This document shows positions 20,041-28,396 of a stretch of DNA of 64,000 bases, one piece after another. Origin of the DNA: Dehalococcoidia bacterium (GTDB lineage Bacteria > Chloroflexota > Dehalococcoidia > SM23-28-2 > RBG-16-64-32); the NCBI GenBank assembly GCA_963665775.2, contig CAXXTF010000001.1, forward strand, positions 384,001 through 448,000. Reading direction: 5' to 3'. Position 1 is the stretch's first letter, and the number at the start of each line of letters is the position of its first letter. Under the pieces are notes generated by a model. That model had not been told where the DNA came from, made no database searches, and worked only from the letters and a program-made list of their open reading frames with translations. The translations under genes were made by a program, and so were the position numbers.

Positions 20041-21219
20041 ATGGATTTCCGATTCACGCCCGAGGAGGAGCAGTTTCGCCAGGAGATTCGGCAGTTCCTG
20101 AAGGAGGAGCTGCCCTCGAATTGGGAGGATGAGTTCGACCCTGAGACGCAGATCGGCGTTGACCAGCAGTTCGAGTTCGCCCTTCGGTTCAGCAAGAAGC
20201 TGGCCCAGAGGCGCTGGCTGGCCATGCCCTGGCCAACGGAGTACGGCGGCCTGGACGCCTCCGTCATGCAGCAGCTCATCTACAATGAGGAGATGGCCTA
20301 CTACGGCACGCCTGAGACCTCCAGCATGGGTGTCGCCTGGATCGGCCCTTCCATCATGCTCTACGGCAGCGATGAGCAGAAACAGCGTCTCCTGCCCCCC
20401 ATCGCCAATCACGACGAGATCTGGTGCACCCTCTACTCGGAGCCGGGCGCCGGCTCCGACCTCGCCTCTCTCCAGACCCGCGCCGTCCGCGACGGCGACG
20501 AGTGGGTCATCAACGGCCAGAAGATATGGACCTCCGGTGGCCATCGCGCTACCTGGGGCTGGCTCGCCGCCCGCACCGATCCTGACGCCCCCAAGCATAA
20601 GGGGATCAGCATGTTCGTCGTCCCCATGAGCGCCGCCGGCATCACCATCCGACCGCTCATCAACATGGCCGGCCGGCACGGCTTCAACGAGATATTCTTC
20701 CAGGACCTCCGCATCCCCGCCGAAAACCTCGTTGGCCAGGAGAATCAGGGCTGGTACCAGCTCGCCGTCGCCCTGGACTTCGAGCGCTCCTCCATCGCCG
20801 GCGTCGCCCGCACTCGTCGCTGGTGGGAGGAGGTGGTCGACTTCGCCCACGAGAACCGGCGCTTCGTCCAGGCCCGGCCCGAGATCCGCCACCGGCTGGC
20901 CGAGATAGGGGTGGAGATCGAGGTGGGACAGTACCTCGCGTACCGGGTGGCCTCCCTTCAGCAGGCCGGCAAGGCCCCTAACTATGAGGCCTCTATCGCC
21001 AAGCTCTACTGCTCGGAGCTGGCCCAGCGGCTGGCCCGCACCGGCATGGAGCTCCTGGGCCTGTACGGTCAGCTCCAGGCCAGCAGCAAGTACACCCCGC
21101 TAGGCGGCCACATCGAGCACAACTATCTGGACAGCGTAGCCCGGACCATCGGCGGTGGCACCAGCGAGATCATGCGCAACGTCATCGCCACCCGCGGCCT
21201 GGGGCTGCCGCGAGGGTAG
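20041..21219 (+). CDS. Acyl-CoA dehydrogenase
   Basis: YSEPGAGSDL, NGQKIWTS, TIGGGTSEIMRNVIA; SD AGGAGG. Confidence 0.93.
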   Translation: MDFRFTPEEEQFRQEIRQFLKEELPSNWEDEFDPETQIGVDQQFEFALRFSKKLAQRRWLAMPWPTEYGGLDASVMQQLIYNEEMAYYGTPETSSMGVAWIGPSIMLYGSDEQKQRLLPPIANHDEIWCTLYSEPGAGSDLASLQTRAVRDGDEWVINGQKIWTSGGHRATWGWLAARTDPDAPKHKGISMFVVPMSAAGITIRPLINMAGRHGFNEIFFQDLRIPAENLVGQENQGWYQLAVALDFERSSIAGVARTRRWWEEVVDFAHENRRFVQARPEIRHRLAEIGVEIEVGQYLAYRVASLQQAGKAPNYEASIAKLYCSELAQRLARTGMELLGLYGQLQASSKYTPLGGHIEHNYLDSVARTIGGGTSEIMRNVIATRGLGLPRG

Positions 21220-21221
21220 GG

Positions 21222-21794
21222 GTGGCCGAGACCGCCCCAAGTAGGTGCGCCTGGGCAGACACCACCCCGCTGCTGAGGGAGTACCACGATAACGAATGGG
21301 GCGCTCCGCTACATGATGACAGAGGGCTTTTCGAGTTTGTCGTCCTGGAGGGAGCGCAGGCCGGCCTGAGCTGGGACACCATCCTCAAGAAGCGCGAGAA
21401 CTACCGCGTGGCGTTCGATGGCTTCGACCCGGTCGTGATCTCCCGCTACGGCGATCGTGATGTCCAGCGGCTACTCGCCGATCCCGGTATCGTCCGCAAT
21501 CGGCTGAAGGTCGCGGCGACGATCGGGAACGCCCGCAGCTTCCTGGGGGTGCAGCAGGAGTTCGGGTCGTTCGACGAATATATCTGGCGGTTCGTCGGCG
21601 GTCAGCCCATCAAGAACGGGTTCGGTTCCCTGTCGGAAATACCGGCGCGGACCGGCGAGTCGGATGCGATGAGCGTGGAGCTGCGAAAGCGGGGGTTCAA
21701 GTTCGTCGGCTCCACTATCTGCTACGCTTTCATGCAGGCAGTGGGAATGGTGAACGACCACACCGTCGATTGTTTCCGGTACGGCGAGGTGTAG
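21222..21794 (+). CDS. tag: DNA-3-methyladenine glycosylase I
   Basis: RCAW, YHDNEWG, LEGAQAGLSW, IVRNRLK, GMVNDHTVDC. Confidence 0.93.
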   Translation: MAETAPSRCAWADTTPLLREYHDNEWGAPLHDDRGLFEFVVLEGAQAGLSWDTILKKRENYRVAFDGFDPVVISRYGDRDVQRLLADPGIVRNRLKVAATIGNARSFLGVQQEFGSFDEYIWRFVGGQPIKNGFGSLSEIPARTGESDAMSVELRKRGFKFVGSTICYAFMQAVGMVNDHTVDCFRYGEV

Positions 21795-21902
21795 ACGCCG
21801 CGGAGGTTGCCTCTCCCTCTTCCTCCACCCGCTCGTTTCCCCTACCATAGACCCCGCTATTCTCTCAGGACGCGAAACCGCTGGAGCGAGGGGTGAGACG
21901 GC

Positions 21903-22661
21903 ATGGAGCTCGGTCTGCACGATAAGGTAGCCATCGTCACCGGCAGTAGCCGCGGCATCGGTCGGGCCATCGCCCTGGGGCTGGCCGCCGAGGGCTGCCA
22001 GGTCGCCCTCTGCGCCCGCGGCGAAGAGGCCCTGCGCCAGACCGCCACCGAGATCGAGGCTCACGGCGTCTTCGCCCTGCCCGTGGTCTGCGATGTCACC
22101 CTTCCCGCGGATGCCGAGCGGCTGACGGCGCAGACGGCGGATGCTTTCGGTCGCATTGATGTGCTGGTGAACAGCGTGGGTGGCTCCATCCGCGGCGATG
22201 AGGATGAGGCGTGGCAGCAAACCTTCAACGCGAACGTCGTCACGGCGGCCCGCCTGACGCGGCTGGTGGCTCCCCACATGCAGCGCCAGGGCGGCGGCGC
22301 CATCGTCCACATCGCCTCCATCTGGGGCCGCGAGTCCGGTGGCGGGCCCACCTATAACGCCGCCAAGGCCGCTCTCATCAGCCACGCTAAGGCCATGGCT
22401 GCCCAGCTGGCTCCCCAGAATGTCCGTGTTAACTCTGTCGCTCCCGGCTCCATCAGCCACCCAGGCGGCTCCTGGTGGCGGCGTCAGCAGGAAGATCCGG
22501 AGGGGATGGCCAGGTTCGTGCAGGAGAACATACCGATGGGCCGTTTCGGCACGGCGGAGGAGGTCGCCAATGTCGTCGCCTTCCTCTGCTCGCCCCGCGC
22601 CTCCTGGGTCACCGGCGCCTGCGTTGTTGTTGATGGAGGCCAGGGCCGCTCCAACATCTGA
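21903..22661 (+). CDS. SDR family oxidoreductase
   Basis: TGSSRGIG, YNAAK, NSVAPG. Confidence 0.9.
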   Translation: MELGLHDKVAIVTGSSRGIGRAIALGLAAEGCQVALCARGEEALRQTATEIEAHGVFALPVVCDVTLPADAERLTAQTADAFGRIDVLVNSVGGSIRGDEDEAWQQTFNANVVTAARLTRLVAPHMQRQGGGAIVHIASIWGRESGGGPTYNAAKAALISHAKAMAAQLAPQNVRVNSVAPGSISHPGGSWWRRQQEDPEGMARFVQENIPMGRFGTAEEVANVVAFLCSPRASWVTGACVVVDGGQGRSNI

Positions 22662-23605
22662 TGACCACCCTGGCCGACCTCCGCATCCTCGACCTTTCCG
22701 ATGGTGTGGCCGGCGCCTACTGCACGAAGCTGTTCGCCGGCTTCGGCGCCGATGTCGTCGCGGTGGAGCCGCCGGGCAGCGGGCATCCGCTGCGCCGCCA
22801 CGGCCCCTTTGCCGACGACCGACCCCACCGGGAGACCGGCGCCCTTTGGCTATACCTGGGAACGAACAAGCGCAGCGTAACCCTGGCGATCGGCTCCCCT
22901 ACTGGTCGGGGCCTCTTCCGCCGCCTCGTGGAGGAGGCCAACGTCATCGTGGAGAGCTTCCCGCCCGGTCGCCTCGACCCCTTGGGGCTGGGCTTCCAGG
23001 CGCTGTGGGCCATCAAGCGCCGCATCGTCCTGGTCTCCGTAACGCCGTTCGGCCAAACGGGGCCCCGCGCGGGCTGGCGGGCCACTAACCTCGCCTCGTT
23101 CGCCTCCGGCGGCCAGATGTGTCTCACCGGCGAGCCCGATCGAGAGCCTCTGCTGATTGGGGGCTATCAGGCGGAGTACCAGGCCGGGCTGCAGGCCTTC
23201 GCGGCGACGGCTACGGCTGCCCAGAACGCCGACGCCCTCGAAGTGCCGCAGCACGTCGACCTCTCGGCTCAGGAGGGCATGGCTTCTGCTCTGGAGACGT
23301 GTCTGCCCTCGTGGGCCTACCACAAGCAGGACATCTCCCGGAGACCGGGGGCCGCCGAAGGGGCCCACACGATCGGCCAGCTCCTGGAATCGGAGCAACT
23401 TCGGGCCCGCGACTACTTTCGGGAGATTGAGCACCCGATTTCGGGTCGACTGACCTACCCCGGCCCGCCCTTCCTGCTCTCCGCGCTTCCCTGGCAGACT
23501 GGTCGTGCCCCCACCCTGGGCGAGCATAACGACGACGTGTTCTGCGGCCAGCTGGGCCTCAGCCGTCAGGAGCTGACGCGCCTGCGCGCGGCGGGGGTGG
23601 TGTAG
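22661..23605 (+). CDS. Family III (CaiB/BaiF) CoA-transferase subunit, internally shortened and probably non-catalytic
   Basis: LRILDLS, NKRSVTL, APTLGEHN; Glu (QAEY) at the usual catalytic Asp site; lacks the small domain. Confidence 0.85.
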   Translation: MTTLADLRILDLSDGVAGAYCTKLFAGFGADVVAVEPPGSGHPLRRHGPFADDRPHRETGALWLYLGTNKRSVTLAIGSPTGRGLFRRLVEEANVIVESFPPGRLDPLGLGFQALWAIKRRIVLVSVTPFGQTGPRAGWRATNLASFASGGQMCLTGEPDREPLLIGGYQAEYQAGLQAFAATATAAQNADALEVPQHVDLSAQEGMASALETCLPSWAYHKQDISRRPGAAEGAHTIGQLLESEQLRARDYFREIEHPISGRLTYPGPPFLLSALPWQTGRAPTLGEHNDDVFCGQLGLSRQELTRLRAAGVV

Positions 23606-24823
23606 GTGTTTCACCTGCCCCTGCACGGCCTCCGCGTCCTGGAGCTGTCCATGGGCTGGGCCGGGCCGTACGCCGGCCGTCTGCTGGCCGACATGGGCGC
23701 CGAGGTGATCAAGATCGAGGCGGTGAAGGGCTGGGACCCACTGCGTTCCTCAACCATCCAACCGCCGGAGACGAAGCGGCCCTGGGACAGAGCGCCCTCC
23801 TTCAACCACCTCAACCGCAACAAGTACGGCTGCGTCCTGGACCTGGCCAACCTCGGTGGCCGCGAGCCCTTCCTGCGTCTGGTCGCCGTCTCCGACGCTG
23901 TGATCTGGGGCGATGATGAGGCGGCGCTGGACCGCCTGGGCCTCGATTATCGGGCGCTGAGCCAGGCCAATGAGCAGATCATCGTCGTCTCTCTGTCGGG
24001 GCATGGCCAGACGGGCCTCGGCGCGGAGCAGACGTCCGGCCTCTCTCACCTGACGGGCTACGCGGGCGGCCCGCCGCAGCGGATCGGAATGCGTTACGGC
24101 GACCCCATGGGCGGTATGGCGGCGGCCGGCGCTATCATCCTCGCCCTCTGGGATCGGCGCCGCACCGGTTGCGGCCAGCGCATCGAGGTCCACGGGAGGG
24201 AGAATCTCATAGGCGTTATCGGGGAGAATGTCGTCGGCTACTCTATGAACGGTCGTGAGCCGTTCCGTCGGGGGAATCGCCACCCCTCGATGGCGCCTCA
24301 TGGCTGCTACCCCTGCGCCGGGGACGATCAGTGGGTCGCTATCGCCTGCGAGGACGACGCCCAGTTCGCGGCCCTCTGTGCCGTCATTGGCCAGCCTGAT
24401 CTGGCCAGCGACCCCCGCTTCGCCGACGTGGTCAGCCGTTATCGGCATCAGGACACCCTGGATGGCATCGTTGCCGCCTGGAGCCGAGAGCGGGCGAAGG
24501 AGGGGGTGGCCACGGCGCTACAGGGCGCCGGTGTGCCGGCCATGCCCGTGCTCAACGTACCGGAGGTTTTTGCCGACGAGCAGCTGCGTGCCCGGGGCTT
24601 CTTCGAGAACGTGTCGCACGCCGTGGCGGACACCTGGGAGATGGAGGGCCCGCACTGGCGCATGAGCGAATCGCCGGGGCACGTCCGGCTGCCGGCGCCC
24701 TCCTTTGGCGAGCACAACGACTACGTGTTCCGTTACCTGTTGGGCTTATCGGAGGACGAGGTCGCCTCGCTGAAAGCGGCGGGCGTCACGGGCCGCGTCC
24801 CCGACTGGCCGGCCCAGGTGTAG
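23606..24823 (+). CDS. Family III (CaiB/BaiF) CoA-transferase
   Basis: AGPYAGRLLADMGAEVIKIE, NRNK, YGDPMGG (catalytic Asp), APSFGEHN. Confidence 0.9.
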   Translation: MFHLPLHGLRVLELSMGWAGPYAGRLLADMGAEVIKIEAVKGWDPLRSSTIQPPETKRPWDRAPSFNHLNRNKYGCVLDLANLGGREPFLRLVAVSDAVIWGDDEAALDRLGLDYRALSQANEQIIVVSLSGHGQTGLGAEQTSGLSHLTGYAGGPPQRIGMRYGDPMGGMAAAGAIILALWDRRRTGCGQRIEVHGRENLIGVIGENVVGYSMNGREPFRRGNRHPSMAPHGCYPCAGDDQWVAIACEDDAQFAALCAVIGQPDLASDPRFADVVSRYRHQDTLDGIVAAWSRERAKEGVATALQGAGVPAMPVLNVPEVFADEQLRARGFFENVSHAVADTWEMEGPHWRMSESPGHVRLPAPSFGEHNDYVFRYLLGLSEDEVASLKAAGVTGRVPDWPAQV

Positions 24824-24834
24824 CCGAGCCTGCC

Positions 24835-25986
24835 TCACACGTCCGTCGTGATGCCGACAAGGCGCCCGATGCCGAAGGTGAGGACGGCCGCTACGGCGCC
24901 CAGGGCCAGCTGCCGCCCGCCGGATGCGAGTGCGCTGCGGCCCGTAAACAGCGATAGCGAGACGCCGACAGCGAACAGGGCGATGGCGCTGAGTACGGCA
25001 CTGGCGATGATGACAGGGGCGTCTGTGCTGGCGCTGAACAGGAAGGGGATGACGGGGACTACCGCCCCCACGCCGAAGGCCAGGAAGGAGCCGATCGTCG
25101 CGCCCCAGGGCGAGCCCAACTGAGAAGGGTTCAGCCCCAGCTCCTCGCGAACCAGGGTGTCCAGCGCCACCTGCGGGTCCTCCATGATCTTAGCCGCCAT
25201 GGCCTCCGCCTGTTCCTTCGGGAAACCTTTCGCCTGGTAGATGAGCGCCAGCTCTTGCTCCTCCTCCTCAGGCGCTGCTTCCAGCTCCCCCTTCTCCAGT
25301 TCGATCTGGCGCTTGAACAGTTCTCTCTGGGCTTGCATCGAGACGTACTCGCCGCTGGCCATGGAGAAGGCCCCGGCCAGAAGCCCCGCGACGCCCGCCA
25401 GCAGCACGAACTTCCCCTCGACCTGGGCTCCGGAGAAGCCCATGATTAGCGACGTGTTGGAGACGAGGCCGTCGCTGACGCCGAAGACGGTCGCGCGCAG
25501 GGTGCCGCCGCCGCCGGTCCGGTGCCAGGTTTCGCCGGCGGCGATGTTCGTCGTGGGCGCTGCCTCCAACCGCTGCATTCGGGCCAGGGTGCGGTCATGG
25601 GCCCGCTCGTCGGGCGCAATCGCCTGCGCCGCCTTGTCCTGGGCCATGTACACAGAGTAGGCTCCGGCCTCCAGGCTCCTGACGATGGGCAGCACAGACC
25701 TGACGCCGAAGCGCCGAGCCAGGAAGCCCACCAGGCGCATCTTCAGGCTGGGGCCGCGCTCTTTCGGCTGTACACCGGCCTCGCGCAGCTTCTGCCGCCA
25801 CACGTTGGCGTGTCGCTCCTCGACTTCAGCGAGCTTCTCGAAGATCGACCGACGTTCCGGATCGGGTTCCGCCAGGACGAGCATCCGGTAGATGGCGATG
25901 CCGTTGATCTCGTCGTCTAGGTTGGCTTGAAATAGACGGACCTTCTCGGGGTCCGGGGTCTGCGGCTGTTCGCCCTTAGTGACCAT
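24835..25986 (-). CDS. Ferritin/rubrerythrin-like domain fused to VIT1/CCC1 iron transporter (MbfA-like)
   Basis: EERH and DERAH diiron-type motifs, VFGVSDGLVSN, SMASGEYVS. Confidence 0.88.
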   Translation of the reverse strand: MVTKGEQPQTPDPEKVRLFQANLDDEINGIAIYRMLVLAEPDPERRSIFEKLAEVEERHANVWRQKLREAGVQPKERGPSLKMRLVGFLARRFGVRSVLPIVRSLEAGAYSVYMAQDKAAQAIAPDERAHDRTLARMQRLEAAPTTNIAAGETWHRTGGGGTLRATVFGVSDGLVSNTSLIMGFSGAQVEGKFVLLAGVAGLLAGAFSMASGEYVSMQAQRELFKRQIELEKGELEAAPEEEEQELALIYQAKGFPKEQAEAMAAKIMEDPQVALDTLVREELGLNPSQLGSPWGATIGSFLAFGVGAVVPVIPFLFSASTDAPVIIASAVLSAIALFAVGVSLSLFTGRSALASGGRQLALGAVAAVLTFGIGRLVGITTDV

Positions 25987-26028
25987 CGTTATTTAGCATA
26001 GCACGGAAACATATCTTAGCAGTGTGCC

Positions 26029-26044
26029 ACTAATGATTCTTAGT
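26029..26044. promoter_or_regulatory. Candidate Fur/PerR-family operator upstream of the VIT1 gene
   Basis: AT-rich imperfect palindrome ACTAATGATTCTTAGT, containing AATCATTA on the minus strand. Confidence 0.4.
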
Positions 26045-26053
26045 ACTGACCCC

Positions 26054-26827
26054 TCATGCGCGGCTCAAGCTACCGCCGTCTATCCATATGACCTGCCCGG
26101 TGAGGTAATCGGCGGCGTCGGACGCCACGTATACAGCCGCTCCCGCTATCTCCTCGGGCTGGGCCAGCCGGCGTGGGGGCAGGTAGCGTTCCAGCTGCTG
26201 CCTTGCGTCCTCCTGGCCCAGGAGGCCCGCGCCCTCGGTCCAGCCGGCGCCCAGGGCGTTGACCCTTATGCCGCTGCGGGCCCACTCCAGGGCCAGGGCG
26301 CGGGTCAGGTTCAGCACCCCCGCCTGGGCCGCGCAGTAGGCGGCGCCGTTGATCATCCCGCGCTCGCCAAGGACCGAGACGACGTTGATGATGCGGCCAC
26401 TCCTCTGAGACAGCATCGGCTGAGCGGCGGCGCGGCAGGCCAGGTAGACACCCGTGAGGTTCACATCGATGACCCGCTGCCACTCGGCTGCGGTGATCTC
26501 GGTCAGGGGCTTGGCGAAGGGGAGATCGGGGGCGTTCACCAGCACGTCCAGCCGGCCCAGCTCGGAGAGCGTCCGTTGCATCAGCGCCTCCACGTCGGAC
26601 TCGCTGGCGGCATCAATGGCCTGGGCGAAGCCCCTGCGATTCAGGGCCCAGATCTCGTTGGCGCAGGAGTTGGCTACCACCTCTTCCCGCTGGGAGCGCG
26701 TGGTCGTGGCGACGGCCACGTTCGCCCCGGCCTCAGCCAAGGCCACCGCCACGGCCCGACCGATGGGACCGGCGGCGCCGATGACCAGGGCGCCTCTCCC
26801 CTGAAGCGAGAACATCTCCTGAACCAT
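26054..26827 (-). CDS. SDR family oxidoreductase (atypical YxxxQ)
   Basis: GAAGPIG, VNLTG, YCAAQ, TGQVIWIDGG. Confidence 0.85.
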   Translation of the reverse strand: MVQEMFSLQGRGALVIGAAGPIGRAVAVALAEAGANVAVATTTRSQREEVVANSCANEIWALNRRGFAQAIDAASESDVEALMQRTLSELGRLDVLVNAPDLPFAKPLTEITAAEWQRVIDVNLTGVYLACRAAAQPMLSQRSGRIINVVSVLGERGMINGAAYCAAQAGVLNLTRALALEWARSGIRVNALGAGWTEGAGLLGQEDARQQLERYLPPRRLAQPEEIAGAAVYVASDAADYLTGQVIWIDGGSLSRA

Positions 26828-27654
26828 CAGGCCTCTCCCTTCAGAGCGTCCGTCGCCAGAGGCACTACCGGTGCGAAGCCGGTCGGGGCCTGCCCGCCGG
26901 CCAGTCCACCGCCGTCCAGCGCCACGATCTGTCCGTTCATGTAGCTGGTGAGCTCCGAGGCCAGGAAGACGCAGAGTGGACCTATCTCCTCGTCCCGGCC
27001 CGGCCGCCCTGTCGGAACGAACCGGCCGGCCTGCGACTGATCTGTCGTGGCCGGGTCCTGGTGGGGAAACAGCCCCGGCGATATGAGGTTGCACTGGATG
27101 TTGTCGCGGGCGTAGGTCGTGGCCAGGGCGCGGGTGAAGTGGATGAGCCCGGCCTTGGCGGAGGTGTATATGAAGTTGTTGCGCACAGTCCTAAGGCCGA
27201 GGCCGGAGGTGACGTTGACGATCTTGCCGCCGCCCTGACGCAGCATGTGAGGGATAGCCGCCCGGCAGCAGTAGAACGTCCCCGACAGGTTGGTGTCGAT
27301 GCCGACGAGCCACTGTTCATCGGTGATCTCCTCCAGGGGGTTGCCCGTTCCGGGGGTGTAGCCGCCGGCGTTATTCACCAGGATATCGATCCGTCCGTAT
27401 TCGGCGATGGCGGTGTCCACCATCGCCTGGGCCGAGCGCGAATCCGTGATGTCGGTGGGCACCGTCAGGCAGCGGCGTCCCCTTGCCCGCACCATCCCTG
27501 CCGTCTCCTCGATCTGGGAGCGGGTTCGGGCCGCGACCACCAGATCGGCGCCGGCCTCGGCTAGGGCGAGGGTCATGGCCCGACCTAGGCCACGCCCGGC
27601 TCCGGTGACGATAGCTACCTTGGCGTCCAGATTCAACTTCTCCAGAACAGCCAT
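26827..27654 (-). CDS. SDR family oxidoreductase
   Basis: TGAGRGLG, NNAG, YTSAK, NGQIVALDGG. Confidence 0.9.
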   Translation of the reverse strand: MAVLEKLNLDAKVAIVTGAGRGLGRAMTLALAEAGADLVVAARTRSQIEETAGMVRARGRRCLTVPTDITDSRSAQAMVDTAIAEYGRIDILVNNAGGYTPGTGNPLEEITDEQWLVGIDTNLSGTFYCCRAAIPHMLRQGGGKIVNVTSGLGLRTVRNNFIYTSAKAGLIHFTRALATTYARDNIQCNLISPGLFPHQDPATTDQSQAGRFVPTGRPGRDEEIGPLCVFLASELTSYMNGQIVALDGGGLAGGQAPTGFAPVVPLATDALKGEA

Positions 27655-27664
27655 CTCCGATCTT

Positions 27665-28240
27665 TCAGCTAGGCGGCTCGGCGCCGCCCTCGCCCGGAAC
27701 CTCCCCGCTATCCGCTCCGCTCGCAACACGTTCCAGCGCCTCCTCGGCGACCTCCTGCGCATCCTTACCCTCCGTGTCGATGGTGCGGAGTTCGACTCTC
27801 GGGGGCGGTTCCCAGGGCCTGGTCATCGGCGGGGCTCCGACCAGTACGAACGTGCCGCTGCCGCCGCGGCGCGTCATCTCCCTGGCGCCGAACCGCAGGG
27901 CCAGCTCTGGGGCAGCCCGGGACGGGGATGCCGGGTCGGCGCATAAGACGACGGCGTCCAGGCCGCCCAGCGCCTTCCCGACCTGGCGGACCATGATCCG
28001 TACCGCCATCTCGTTCGTCCCGTCGATGGCCTGGGCGGGCCGCCGCTCCCGCTGGCCGCCCAGCCTTCTCGAGAGGCGCTGAACGGCGAAGGCCGCCTCG
28101 GCGTCAGTGGTCGCGGCTACGAGGGCCACGCTCGCCCCGGCCTCGGCCAGGGCGAGGGCCAGGGGCCGGGCCATATTCGATTCCGCCCCCAGCAGCAGTA
28201 CTCGTTTTCCACGCAGGTCTGGACTGGCCACGCTGTCCAT
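27665..28240 (-). CDS. Truncated SDR-like Rossmann-fold protein
   Basis: LRGKRVLLLGA, LALALAEAGA, LGGLDAVV; no YxxxK. Confidence 0.65.
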   Translation of the reverse strand: MDSVASPDLRGKRVLLLGAESNMARPLALALAEAGASVALVAATTDAEAAFAVQRLSRRLGGQRERRPAQAIDGTNEMAVRIMVRQVGKALGGLDAVVLCADPASPSRAAPELALRFGAREMTRRGGSGTFVLVGAPPMTRPWEPPPRVELRTIDTEGKDAQEVAEEALERVASGADSGEVPGEGGAEPPS

Positions 28241-28396
28241 TGTAGCGTACGCCCTTCCTGACAGCCGAGCGTCGGCCCTTCCTGCCCGCAACTGACCGTG
28301 ATTTGCCCGGTTACGACCTGTCTTTCCCATATAACTTCCCTCTAGCGGGATCGTTTACTTATAGTAGATTCTAGAGTGTTTGCCGGGGGATTGGGG

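Noticed and set aside
20041-28240. Anaerobic toluene (bss/bbs) pathway
   Set aside because: The enzyme families are similar, but no glycyl-radical synthase, activase, thiolase or hydratase is present here.
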